A stretch of 63,637 nt of DNA, filler included, from Licmophora abbreviata (taxonomy: Eukaryota), in NCBI GenBank assembly GCA_900291995.1. It is 20 parts of 20 records of this genome, joined end to end, with 100 filler letters (N's around TTAATTAATTAA, not from the genome) between each part and the next. Parts side by side here need not be neighbours in the genome. Positions count along the whole stretch, not along the records: positions 43,294 to 47,942 come from OLMU01006348.1; positions 48,043 to 52,607 come from OLMU01006349.1; positions 52,708 to 56,266 come from OLMU01006351.1; positions 56,367 to 58,294 come from OLMU01006353.1; positions 58,395 to 59,828 come from OLMU01006354.1; 15 more parts are not named here. One strand, given 5' to 3'. Below, piece by piece: positions 47,691 through 59,928 of this stretch. The first letter of the stretch is position 1, and every line of letters begins with the position of its first letter. The translations under genes were made by a program, and so were the position numbers. The notes beneath the pieces were generated by a model, which worked only from the letters and a program-made list of their open reading frames with translations, did no database searches and was not told where the DNA came from.

Positions 47691-48318
47691 CTACCAAAAA
47701 AAAAAAAATCTCCCGCTGCTAGCGACCAGCGCTGCAGCACCCTCCCTCCCGACAACACTGGCCAACATCCAGTATGTGGTGCAGCTACCTGGCACTACGG
47801 TCAGGTAGCTAGGTGGTGGCGCACACGCCATCGTAAATCTCCGATTACCACCATGTACCTAGTTCCTATCAAGAGGTGAATCCAGTGGCGCGCGTACCGC
47901 GCATACTGAACCACACCGACAACTAGGCCAAGCGAGGGAACANNNNNNNNNNNNNNNNNNNNNNNNNNNNNNNNNNNNNNNNNNNNTTAATTAATTAANN
48001 NNNNNNNNNNNNNNNNNNNNNNNNNNNNNNNNNNNNNNNNNNTGCGTGACTGTCAAACGCTAGCGTTACAAACCGGAGACAGAAGATCCAACTACACACG
48101 GTGCCGTCGCTTCCGTCTCCATTGCTCTTTGCAAAGTAGCGAGTCTGTACGGATCACGATAGCAAGCAACAGAGGAAAGCTCTGCCTGCCGCTTGACTAG
48201 AGAGAGAAGACTCTCTAGAGCCCTACCAGTACTGTATCATACCAGTAGACTACTTCAAGCGAAACCTCGCTTGTCCCCGTCTGTCACCCGTCACATCACA
48301 GCACCACCACGTTTGCCC

Positions 48319-50178
48319 ATGTCGAGCACTCTTGCCGACGCCCAAGTCGAAATTATGGCCCACGAGGCTGAAATTATGCTCCCTGGATCCTTCGTAGTGC
48401 TTCAGGGCACCATGGGCGATGGCATGGCCAACACCATCGACACTGCTCCCGTAGTACCGGTAGTAGTACCCGTCATGAGTCCAGAGGCTTCCCAGGAGAC
48501 AGACTCCGAAGAAGAATTCATGCATGTGCAGGCTCACGAGTCACAACAAGAGTCCTCGCATGGCGAAGAACAAGCTTCGGGTCGACAAAGGACAGTCTTG
48601 GGAGACAGCGGATCTCTCGTGTCACAGTCCGTGATGGCACCCGCGACACCTCCCTCCATGGCGACAGTCTTGCATCGAAACCTCCTCGGTCTTCCCGACG
48701 AATCTTTCATTGTCGTATCAGACGACAGTAACACTAGCAACCAAATTCCGCAACGACAACTCACGCCAACCGAACAAGAAGCGATATATCCTGGCAGACC
48801 CAACGCCGACAAGACGAACTGCGACACCGCCATGATTGGTTGATCTCGCTGGATGAGTATAGCACCGAAAAGAAGGAAGAACAGGAACAAGAAGAATGGT
48901 GGCACGAGGAAGGACGACTGGTCGTGCTGGGACAGGTCCCTCAACGTCACGGGGTATCCGTGGAACGGACGGTCCTCACCACCTTGTCTCCTGGAAGTAC
49001 CGTCGTGGGAACAAAGCTCGTCTGTCTTGATAGCCGAACGCTCAGCCTGGTTCGAACGAGACGCCATCCCAGAGATGGGTTGCTGCAGTTACTTCAGCTC
49101 GAGTCGCCTCTTCACGGATATATCGTGCTCAGTCGCAACGGGCACTTGTTCGTCGCACCAGGTCTGCCCTCTCTCTACACGGACCCCCAGGTCTGGATAT
49201 GGCGTGTCACCTGCGCTGCAGGAGCCTATGTCCGACAAGGTCTCGAGCTCAATACAAAGCACGTAGCGACAATACCCTATGGGATGCTCTTGCGAGTCAC
49301 GCGCAAAACAATCAACTCGGAGGGACTCGTGCGCTTGCGGATCCACTGCAAGGAAGGGGTGGAGGGGTGGATCTCGGAGTTTCTCAATCCGAAGTCGGGA
49401 CAGCGTGGGCCTATTGCACAGCCGGTACCCTTTCCAGTTCCTTGCTTGTATCGAGTGAAACTGCCCGAGGGTGCCATCTTGAGGAGTGGGTTGGAGCTCT
49501 CGTCTTTGGAGATTGGGAATGCACCCGTCGGAGCTGTGTTGAATGTCGTTGGACGAGCCTTTTCGGAACACCCCGAGGATCAGTGCATTGAGCGGTTGAA
49601 ACTCGCGGGGAATGGAGGGTGGGTCAGTGTGCGACTCAACAAGCCTCGACCTGATGACGAGCTCGTGGTGGAGCAAGTGGGAATAGACGGGACGTTTGAT
49701 CCGGATGCACCCGGGTTGTTCCATTTGGATGCGCAAAAGCGAGTTTTGGAGCAAGTTGCGGCTTCGGAAGCGTCACCCGAACAAGCAGAGATGGCGGTGG
49801 ACGAAGACGATGGATTAAGATTGATACCTTCCACGCATCAGCAGCGATGTAGTGTGGTGTCTCGAAGTGGTTTAGTACCTCCCGAAACAAGGGCGAATGC
49901 GAAACGACGAGCCGAAGAAAAGTGTTTGGTTTGCTTGACGGAAGAACGAAATTCTACAATCGTGCACGGAGAAACCGGGCACATCGCCTGCTGCCTGATG
50001 TGTGCACGAATACTTCGTGCGCGAGGGGACAGGGTAAGCAAGGATTGGAGAAAAGGTGGGATATGTGCAATCAATCACAACGCGCGTCTGACGACGAGAA
50101 CCATTGTTTTGTGTTTCATTATAGTGTCCCGTGTGTCGGTTGCCTATTGACTCCGTGATTCAGCAATTCTGGGCTTGA
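48319..50178 (+). CDS. RING-finger protein with an MDM2-type C2H2C4 RING and SH3-like repeats; apparent frameshift near 48787
   Basis: Splicing intron 50034-50124 gives CLVC..IVHGETGHIACCLMC..CPVCRLPI. Repeats of the form VRxGLELxxxxxxxxPxG..GWxS. The two upstream ORFs join if 2 nt are removed from ATATAT at 48784-48789. Confidence 0.75.
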
Positions 50179-50250
50179 TGATGTTCCGGAGGGAGTTGCT
50201 TGTTCTGAGCAGAAGGCTTGAACACATCAGGTCGCGGCTTGCAACGAGCA

Positions 50251-50285
50251 CAGTGCAGTACAGTACAGTGCAGTACAGTGCAGTA
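50251..50285. repeat. (CAGTR)7 pentamer microsatellite between convergent genes
   Basis: cagtg cagta cagta cagtg cagta cagtg cagta. Confidence 0.85.
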
Positions 50286-50311
50286 GTAGCTTTATGGTCT
50301 CTAGTAGGGCA

Positions 50312-51022
50312 TCATAAGGAATCGTCTTGTTGTGGAATGTCCTTCTTGTGTAGAATGATGCTCAAGATGATACTCCAGAAGAAGAAGACGACATTGATAA
50401 ACAATACCCGCAAGGGCGGAGGACAGAAGGCCATGTTGATGAGCTGAGCTGGAATGAATAGCTTCCAGTTTGCAATCATAGTGGACAGATAATCGTGTTT
50501 GAGCTGCAGTCTTAGATCATTCCAGCCCTTGCCTTCCAAGAGTCCCACAAAGACAAAGATGAAGAGGGTGACTACCGGAGCTTGGATGCCTTGATCAATG
50601 AAGAGTTTGAAGAAGGTCCGTCGTGTCCACGGTTGCGGTGTCGGCGGAAGCGTCTCGTCTAGTACGTGATAGTAGTAATGGACAAAGGGGGTACCCAAGA
50701 GCCCCAGCAGTCCAAAGCGGGCCATGCGAAGTACATCCAGCGCGTGATTCGATGTAGTAGCTCGACACAGTTCGACGGCTTGTCCCAGTGCGTCGGCGGC
50801 AGCCAAGATGACGAATGCGGTGAGACTCTTGACCACAATTGGATTTCGTTCCAGCGCCGACACGTAGGAATCCCAGCAATCGACCACGACGACGAAGAAC
50901 CTCTTGTCTCTTGTCGTTTCTTCGTCATGATCATTGTTCGAAGACAGCATCAGCAATGCAGTCCTCTCTGTGGCTACTATTCTACGCGTACTTGCAGCAG
51001 TGTCGCTGTTGTTGTTGCTCAT
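50312..51022 (-). CDS. Mpv17/PMP22 family membrane protein, intronless
   Basis: PIVVKSLT, D..GQ, R.ARF, KLFIDQ, ANWKLFIPAQLIN and PPPLRVLFINVV. Confidence 0.88.
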   Translation of the reverse strand: MSNNNSDTAASTRRIVATERTALLMLSSNNDHDEETTRDKRFFVVVVDCWDSYVSALERNPIVVKSLTAFVILAAADALGQAVELCRATTSNHALDVLRMARFGLLGLLGTPFVHYYYHVLDETLPPTPQPWTRRTFFKLFIDQGIQAPVVTLFIFVFVGLLEGKGWNDLRLQLKHDYLSTMIANWKLFIPAQLINMAFCPPPLRVLFINVVFFFWSIILSIILHKKDIPQQDDSL

Positions 51023-51489
51023 CGTGGCGGAGTACAGGACAGGACAGGACAGGACAGTCCTAAACTTTGGTAGGATAGGATGCTCTTGGTCGATGGTGAT
51101 GTCGTTCTAGTCTCTAGATCCATCCACGGCGGCGTTACGGGTACAGTATGATATGGTTTGTGGGCAGCACTACGAAATACGAGTATGGTCATGAGAAACG
51201 GTTTGTTGTTTGTACACATTCAACATTGCGTTTTGCGTTTTGCAGCAATGGCGCACGCGCGGTACGCAGTTTGAAATGGCGCGCCCAAGTGACGTCATCG
51301 ACGTCTTTTGTGTTTTGTGTTTTGTTTGTTTGGGACCTCCAAGAAACTGTGCAGTTTGAAGGAGCCATGGGATGACGACAGCGCGGCTCTCTGTGAACAA
51401 CTCTGCATGCTGGAGTGTTACTCCTCGTAGTATAGTGCGGTACTGTATATGTACGAGTACACACCATTCGATGAGGTGATCTCGAAACG

Positions 51490-52397
51490 ATGGTGGGCGA
51501 ATCTGCTACTACAAGTACGCTCGTCGGAGGAGTACTGGACCTCGCCGAAAAGGGCAGTGTCGGGACACTGCCACAGAACACGGAAAAGACTCCTCTCCTG
51601 GCCGTCTTTCAAAATGACCAGGAGTCCTCCTACACGTCCTCTCTGAAAAATGACGACGACGACGACGATGGACTCTCGCTGGGGTCCTTCGATCGCGACT
51701 TTGACAGTGATCTTGTCACCGACTCTACTAGAAGCTTTGTCAGTCTCCAACGCTCCTTGTCTGGCGCTTGGGACTCCTACAATGTCGCCTTGGATCGACG
51801 CCCACTCATTGTCAAGAGCATCACAGCAGCCATCTTACTTGGACTGGGTGATGTCTGTGGACAAGTGCTTCAGGTCGACACCAGCAAGAGCCCCGCCGCC
51901 GCGACGCTCGATTGGATGCGCACGGCTCGCTTCGCTCTATTGGGCCTGCTTCTACAGGCCCCGCTGTCGCACTATTACTACCAATGGCTCGATCGCGTCC
52001 TGCCTCCCGTGCCCAAACCCTTTCTCAGACTGTCATTCTACATCAAACTAGCAGTGGATCAACTGGTGCAGGCACCAATATTCCTGCTCCTCCTATTTTG
52101 CTTCCTCGGAACACTCGAGGGATTGACGCCGGTCGAAATCAAAGACCAGTTGCAGGAAGACTATGTCAACACCTTGATTGCCAATTGTAAGTTGTACTTG
52201 CGTGTGTGCAATGCAAGTTTGGGTGAAACGAAATGAAATGAAACGACTCATCCTCTATTGTTATATAATTAGGGAAACTCTGGCTGCCGGCACAGACGAT
52301 CAACATTGCATTTTGTCCCCCGCACTTGAGAGTCCTCTTTCTCAATGTCATCTTCTTTGTCTGGTCCATTGTTCTGTCGCTCCTGTTGAATGGGTGA
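51490..52397 (+). CDS. Mpv17/PMP22 family membrane protein with one intron
   Basis: PLIVKSIT, GDVCGQ and KLAVDQ; intron 52187-52272 restores ANWKLWLPAQTIN and LRVLFLNV; TGA at 52395-52397. Confidence 0.88.
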
Positions 52398-52707
52398 TGC
52401 AAGAGTGAGAGAGAAAAAAAACAATATACAGAATCTTGAGAAGAGATCAGACTGAAAAAGGAGACCCTGTTGAGAGAGACATTACGATTCATGCAGGTAC
52501 ATGGCGAGCAGGGGCAGATATTTGTGGGAACGAAAAAGAAGATTCGGAGAGGACGGGACAGCAATACGAAGCAACAGGAACCTTCACGCGACAGCAGCTG
52601 AAGACGCNNNNNNNNNNNNNNNNNNNNNNNNNNNNNNNNNNNNNNNNNNNNTTAATTAATTAANNNNNNNNNNNNNNNNNNNNNNNNNNNNNNNNNNNNN
52701 NNNNNNN

Positions 52708-55700
52708 CGTTGGGGTTCCTGGGAGAACAATGCCGTTGGTGGCAATGCGGATGGATCGTGTGACAGAAATAACAAAAGCAGGGACAGCCGAGATCGAAGG
52801 AGCACGGTAACCGAGGCCACCAAGGTTGGAAGGGAGAATGGCTAGGTGACAGGCGTGGGGAGGCAACGCTTCAGTGGTATCAGCGATGCGTGCAAGGAAG
52901 GAGTGAAGAATGTCAGTAGTGCGGTTAACAAATGGGGATCGCCAGGAAAACAGCGTAGCATGAAGGTCTTGGGCAGAGGCAGGAGGTAGCAGAGTGGGTG
53001 GCGATGGTAGTAAAGGCAAGCAAGCGTTATGGTAGACATCCGTTGCAAGAAGGTGATTGATCTTGGTTTGTAGGCATAGTCGGTAAACAGTAGTCTGCGT
53101 TTGGAGGTCAGGAAGTGTGCGGAGAAGATTGTTGACGTAATGGAGTAATTCATCCGCCTTGTCTTGAAGGAATTGGTTGGCAAAAGAAAGACTACCAATT
53201 GGATGGCCGAGTAGTCGTAGTCCGTCAGTTATTTCCGCAGACGGCGATAAGAGAGCTGTGGCTTGTTGTAAGGCATCGGAAGTAGCGGGAGGACAGAGCA
53301 TATGGGAGCATGGGGAGGTGCCGTTGATACTGGAAAGGAATTTGGTCTTGGTGCGATTAAGACGGACACCGTGAGGCGCCCCAAGCTCATCGAATCGTCG
53401 GAGAAAGAAAGGGAGGTCTATCGTGGGGAGTAAAGCCATAGTATCATCTAAATATTGAAGAGAAGTGTTGGGCGCGTCGGAGGCGGTAGCGGTAGATAGG
53501 CGAGTGGGCGACCGTTGAAGGGATCGATGACGTAGTTCAGTGTGGAGCGGGCGGAGAACCATGAATAAAACCAAGGAAGCATAGAAAGGAGCCATAGGGT
53601 CGCCTTGAGCAAAGCCTTCTGGCTGGGTGAAGGAAGCCCATGAATTGGTGGTGTCTCGATACCAACAGATGTTGTGTTCGGCGTAAACAAGGTCGAAGAA
53701 AGGGATAAGGAAGGGAAAGTTGGAGAGAAGCATGTCCCGACAGGAATCCCGAGAACAGGCATTAAACATGTTTGTGATGTCTAGCGCTAAAAGCGTAGAA
53801 GAAGAAGGAGTAGCTGCAATGTCGTCGGAGGGAGACATGACTTCGGAGATGAAAGTGTGAGCAGCATGAATGATGGTGTCCATACCACCAGGGATGCCAA
53901 TCCCTAGTTGACCTTCTGTAATAAGAAGGCTAGCGAATTGTTCTCCATAAATGTGCATGAGCAAGGCCCCCAAAACACGACGGTAACTGGTGCCGGCACC
54001 AATAGGACGGAGCTTGGAGAGGTCGGAGGGGTCCTTGTGTAGTGCAAGAAAGTAGTTGCTGCGGAGGATAGTGGAAGCAAGTGCGGGAACAGAACCGGCA
54101 AAGATAGCTTGGGCAATGGCAACAAAGCTAGCCACATAAGGGTAGGTGGGTGGGTCACCTGGATTTAGAGGAGGGACAGAATGAAGGACCATATCACGTA
54201 AAACGTCAGTGTAGTCACCGTAGGGGCCAGCGGCGGAGCCGCGTTTCAACTTGCGACAAGCGGTAAGCAAGGAATGGTGTGATATATCAATGGGAGGAGA
54301 AGAAGAAGCGGAGGCCCGAGATTGAGAGCGAGTGGTAGGACCATCGGAGGGAGTGGTGTGTTGCCGGGGGTACCTTGGTGGATACAGAGGAGAGATGAGA
54401 TCCAACGTTTCCGGTGTAAGGGAGGCAACCGGTAGGGTGGAGTTGATGCGGGAAGCGCAAGCGGAAAAATTGTCTAAGTCCGCTGCAGCTTGGGCGTGTC
54501 GATTCGAGGTGGGACTGTATTCATCGGTGGAGAGAAGCTGGGAGTCAATAGTATCAGCATTGCGGCGATGGCGTGGGGAAGGGGGCTCAAGGGCGTACAG
54601 GTCGTTGTACAATTCTCGTATGTTACCCGTCGCAAACAGCTTGAGGCGGGCGGAAACGGTCTTATCGGGAGAACGGGTGGAGGAGTGTCCTGGATGAAGG
54701 ATGAGGGACTGAAAGAGAAAAAGAAGAACAAAAGGGAGGTCGGAAGAACGTTGAAAGGTCGGAGTGCGTAGTGCGGATGGGGGGGGGTGGGTCCATTGGA
54801 GGGATGGTGTCGGCACATGCTTGGTGAAGTGTAGAAAGGGTGGAGAAGAGTGCACGTTGGGTTGCCCGGGACAGGGAGTAGTAAAGATTACTACGGATAT
54901 TCGGTGGAGTAGGGGGGTGAACTGCTGTATGAGCGTGAAGCCAGGCAAAAGCGGCGTGCCATGCACCAGAAGGAGCATCAGGGAAATGCTGGGTGAAGAC
55001 GTCGGACGTAGTGAAAGAACGGGAGTGGGAATGAACAGATCGTTGGTGGTTGCGTAGGCCGGAGGGGTGTAAATAGATTGTATTAGGATCGAAGTTAAAC
55101 GGATTGTTGCATTGGTGACAGAAAGATAGAGGACAGGTATTGGACTGTGGCAAGGAGTCAGGATGTTGCCGGGAATGGGTGGTACGTAGGTGTGAACGTA
55201 GTAACTTGAGGCACTCGGTGCGTTGCGGTTTTGGTGTAGGGGCGGAGCGAGTGTCGGGTGTTGTCCATCGACAAGTAGGAAAGGGACAGCACAAGACATT
55301 GACCGGGGAAGGCAAAGGAGTCATGTTGCATTCGCTGCCGACCTCGGGACCGATGAGGCCGGAGGCGGTTGCTGGGAAGGGGTCGTTACGCTAGCGACGT
55401 CACTGAGAAACGACGCAACATCGTTCAAAGCAAAGTGAGAGGCAACAGTAGAATGCTGAGCAAGGCCTACCAGGAGCTGGGAGGTTTCGGCAATGTCGGG
55501 GTCAGGGGAAACGGAAGCGGTAGGATAGAGGGCATCGACAAATCGTTGTAGGTGTTCAAACGGAAACAGGTGCGCGGTGGATGGGCTGGTGGCAGTGTGC
55601 GCCAGAGTTCGGAACCATTTGAGATGTCGTGGGTTATCGCAGCGAGATTGTAGACGTCCCAAGATGGCTTGGTCGCGTAAGGGGATATGATTGCCGCGTA

Positions 55701-56266
55701 GGGAGACCGGTAAGAGAGATTCAGGCGACAACCGATGTGCCGTGGTTTCTTGGGTGAATTGACTTGGTGGGAGGGGGCTGTCAGTAGGGGGGGAGCCGTA
55801 GGTGTAGGGGGAATCGGAGCTGGGGCCAAGCAAATCGGCGGAAGTGTCGTCAGCGGAAGAAGAAATGTCGTCGTCGGGATCGCTGTTAGATTCATTGTCC
55901 GGGTTGGTGTCTTCCACGGTCATGTCAACTGTCATGGGAGACGAGGGGGGAGGCGCATCCGGCATGTGAGTGTCAGATAGGGGGACAGGGAGAGGTATAC
56001 CTTGGCTGGCACGTGCCAAGGATGACAAACGGGGAGGAGAAGAAACGGGAGGTGCTGGGACAGGGGCTGGAGTTGTTGGTACGCTGGTAGCGTGAGCGAG
56101 AGGAGGCGGTATGGTAGGGGATGCGTTCGAGAGCGGAGAGACACTGGTACTGGGAGGGACGGTGATGCGTTGGTCGTGATGGTGAAGCCATTTACAGAAT
56201 GGGCAGGTGAAAGGGAGGGGAGCAGTGGCATAGCATCCTGGGTAGCAAGAGCAAGCAGGACGGGGA
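52708..56266 (-). mobile_element. Non-LTR retrotransposon fragment, CRE/RLE-group-like, with C2H2 zinc fingers and RT
   Basis: CPFPTC..H..H and CHQC..H..H; LRPIGAG, LDITNMFN, GFAQGDP, YLDD, LLGHPIG and LPSNLGGLG; frameshift at the G9 run 54779-54787. The endonuclease is not in the contig. Confidence 0.8.
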
Positions 56267-56366
56267 NNNNNNNNNNNNNNNNNNNNNNNNNNNNNNNNNN
56301 NNNNNNNNNNTTAATTAATTAANNNNNNNNNNNNNNNNNNNNNNNNNNNNNNNNNNNNNNNNNNNN

Positions 56367-58293
56367 CCTAAATCACGCCAGTGAGTCGTACCAGTCTCCT
56401 GGTCAATTTCCAATGCGCGCTTCACCGTCTTTGGTACTTCCAGTCCAAACTTGCGTGTGGTTTTCCAATAGCGAGTCTTTGCTCTTTTGATCAATCGCTC
56501 ACGTTTTCTCAACGTTCGCGGTACCCACCAGCAAAATGCGGGCTCCTTGTCGATCCCACTACTGACCGCGTACTCCGCCGCGGCTACCGGGTGACCATGC
56601 TTGGCTTCTCGAAGAGGTATCCAGCTCGTCAATCCGTTCTTCCATTTGTACAGAAGGTCCCAACCCTTCGATGTCTGTACTGGAATGCCAGTGTCTCCAT
56701 CCGAGTACGCTTCTGGTGTTTTGCGATGGCCGACTATCTCATGGAATAAGAGATGGTGGGTGCCTTCCTCGTCACACTGTGAGAAAATATTCTCTGCGAT
56801 GATGTTGGCTGTATATTCAGCTTCCGTGCCGTCGTCAAACTTGACTTCATATAGACTCGTATCGAATCTAGGGTTTCCATGCGACTGTCCGATTGGTGTT
56901 CCGTCGGCAGTCCTTTTTCTGCCAACCACCGTTCCAGTCTGGACGTCCCCATTGGCCTTGGCCATAGCCAATTCAGCGCCGACGTACTTGTCGAACAAAC
57001 AATCATCGTCTTCAGGCCTCGCTTCCTCAATCATATCACCATACTCCTCGTCTGTCGGAATCGTACCGCCGACAGTCGCTGGCTCGTCTGAACCATCAGT
57101 AAAATCTTCTAAGAAGAAATTCGCTGGGTCCCCATCAGGGTTATCTGGGCTGCGAAAGTTCTTGTCATCAAGTCGCTCTCGCACTGCGCTTTCGAAATCC
57201 TCGTAGCGCTTCTTTATTTCCGGCTTGAGCATATCTTCTCGAGTAACGTGCTGGACTGAGGTTCTCACGAGGATCTTGCCGGATTGTGTAAGTATCCAAT
57301 AACACAAATCACTGCCATAGTTGTGGGCAACACCTAGCCATCGTCCAAGCTTCCGGTTGTCTTCGTTGATGTCAGGCTTTTCTTTATCCCAGTACCACAC
57401 CAAATCATAAAACTCGAAGTCCAACCACTTGGCGATATTGGGACTGTTTCCGTATATGTACTCAAATGATGTACGTCCTGTATCTTTTCGTCTGTCCTAA
57501 TCATGATCTCGGACATCCATACTAGCGCGTAGTCCCAAAGTCGACTCGGAACATTCCGCTTGCTCATAATGAGCTTCCATCGACGCTTGAGTTCGCCGAT
57601 TTCGTGTTCTGCTGCGTAGTTTTGGTTATGACGCCCTGGCTCAATAACCTTGTGCTTGATTCGATGTCGTCGGATCAATCTTTGAAAATCAGTATTCCGA
57701 CCGACCATCTCCGGAGCTCCATCTGAAGTCATAATCTCGGGGACACCGACCTCGTCAATGAAGGTCTGTAATGAGTGTGCCAGTTCCTCGCCATTATGCG
57801 ACGCCATTGGTACTGCGAAGGTAAATTCTCCGTCAGTAAATACCTGCGCATGCAAGTTCTGACCTAGTGATTTGAATCTCGACTTTAACGTATCGGTCCA
57901 GAACTTCTTGTTGATCCTGCGCTTCTTCAGGTACAGATGATCCACTCGATATCTCCTTGTAAGTGGCGCTGTTCCGCGTCGTACACCATCCTGCCTAGTG
58001 CACTTCAGAGTCTTTCGGGCTGATTCTAAACCAATGCCCCATTTCCGAGCAAGGTCTTCAGCTGATACGGCAGCATGCCGTGTTGACGATCCTAGTTCTG
58101 AAGCTAGCCTGCTTCCTGACGCTGTCACTTTGACGGTTTTCACTGCGGCTTCTGTAAATGCACGCTCTGAGAAAACTGATGAAATTGATACAAGAGCATC
58201 ATCGGACTCGGAGTGGAAGATTGGTGTATAAGTTGCGTCACTTGCCTGGACTGACCGCAGATGTAATGACTGCATCACGTTAATCGCCTCCTC
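56367..58293 (-). mobile_element. Copia-type LTR retrotransposon fragment: integrase plus chromodomain-like linker, frameshifted
   Basis: Integrase WTDT, TSDGAPE, AEHEI, LWDYA and GRWLGVA; KGWDLLYKWKNGLTSWIPL; 1-nt deletion near 57491. Copia placement is from recalled similarity to diatom elements, as RT is not in the contig. Confidence 0.75.
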
Positions 58294-58798
58294 CNNNNNN
58301 NNNNNNNNNNNNNNNNNNNNNNNNNNNNNNNNNNNNNNTTAATTAATTAANNNNNNNNNNNNNNNNNNNNNNNNNNNNNNNNNNNNNNNNNNNNTTGAAG
58401 CAGTCCTCAGATAGTCTTTGAACTATGCGAAGCGTTACCCCTATATAAAATTATCAATATGTAGAACGCCTACTGAGCCCTACGCACCACCATCACCGAT
58501 CGACCCCCTTTCGTCCCGCCAAGAGAACGGAAGCCGTAGATACCTGTCACCCTTTGATTAAAGCTTCAACAGACACCTAAGAGATACTGGACCGGCACAG
58601 GTTCAAACTCCCCGACCAAACCCACCCACATCGCCATAAACTCTCAGTCAACTCAGCGCCCACAGCCGACAGCCATCGTAGCCACAGAACACGTTCCCGG
58701 TAGAGCCCAGTAGAAACCTACAGAAAAACCAGAAACAAAACTTGGCGCGGCCTCAGGCCATTGCGGCCCCATACAGGCGACACCGGTCTCTTCCCAGC

Positions 58799-59828
58799 AT
58801 GACAATCTTACAGGCACTCAAAGCCAAGGACGCGGCCCCGCAAAAGCGTGGAACGGGTCCCTCTGCGAAAGAGAAGATGCGAGAGGCGGCGAAGAAACGG
58901 CAGAAGGCCTCGGCTCTGGTGATGTTAGCGACGGAAACGAAGGCGACCACGGACCCACCGGTGATGACAGCGGCACCGAACCCACAACCGGGCACGGCCA
59001 CACCCACGGCTCCAACGTACGCCAACGTGGTGTCGGAAACCAAAATGTCGGAAACTGAACTCGGAGAAGAAGGCAGCGTGGCTACCGCAGTCGCCACGAA
59101 CGGAACAAAGCGTCTCGCCCAAGTCTTTGCCGCGGACCTGCAACGTAAGAACACGGTGTTCTATGACCTTAGCCTACGTGGAGAAAAGGAAGCAAATGGA
59201 GTGCTGGCGGTGTCGAAGGCCCTCAAGACGTGGTTCCGAGCGATGCAGGAACTAGACGATTCTTTCTTCGTCTACACCTTTGACCAGCAGGACCCATCTG
59301 AGAAGGACGCATGGACGAAACCCAACGCATTGCCTCAGGTGATCACAAAGATGCAAAAGTACGTTTCCAACCTACGTGCCAAAACGGACGGTAGCGTTCA
59401 GTACCTATCGGTCCGAATCGGCTTCGACGATGATGAGGACAACTTCCGAGCCAATCTCCGTGACTGCCTGGAGTCGTCACAAATGAAGATGTTCAGGAAG
59501 TCCCTCCAAACGGCGTTTACGGTCTCCTATGGGTGGCTGCTACTGGCCCCACAGTTCCTGGACTGCGAATACTGGAGAGAATTCTTTGAGGGGCAGATCA
59601 ACAAACTAACCAAACTGGAGCGCTGCCTCCCGTCGCTGCGGGAGGAGGAAAAGATCAAACTGGGTCTACGAAGCTCCTTCATTTGGGATGGAACGACGAA
59701 GGCCATGAGAGAGAAGGGAGCCGGCAACAGCAAGTCCAAGAAGGGCACCAAAGCAATCCACATCGAATTTAAAAGGGGACAGGAGAAGGAAGGAGCCCGG
59801 AAACTACGCATGGTGTTGAAGTCGGGAC
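58799..59828 (+). CDS. Hypothetical basic protein, possibly a LINE ORF1, 3'-truncated
   Basis: Long intronless ORF preceded by a C/A-rich leader and TATATAAAA at 58442; no certain domain. Confidence 0.45.
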
Positions 59829-59928
59829 NNNNNNNNNNNNNNNNNNNNNNNNNNNNNNNNNNNNNNNNNNNNTTAATTAATTAANNNNNNNNNNNNNNNN
59901 NNNNNNNNNNNNNNNNNNNNNNNNNNNN

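Larger units (their letters stand above)
43294..47942 (+). mobile_element. Tyrosine-recombinase retrotransposon, copy 2 (5'-truncated, includes 3' non-coding sequence)
   Basis: Colinear and homologous with 4343..9698. Confidence 0.9.

Noticed and set aside
47700..47942. Hammerhead ribozyme in the structured UTRs (here and 1-198)
   Set aside because: No CUGANGA/GAAA core was found by eye.
54790..55299. N-terminal 170 aa of the 879-aa ORF as real protein
   Set aside because: The zinc fingers are in the overlapping 54662..55324 frame; the true product probably switches frame at the G9 run.
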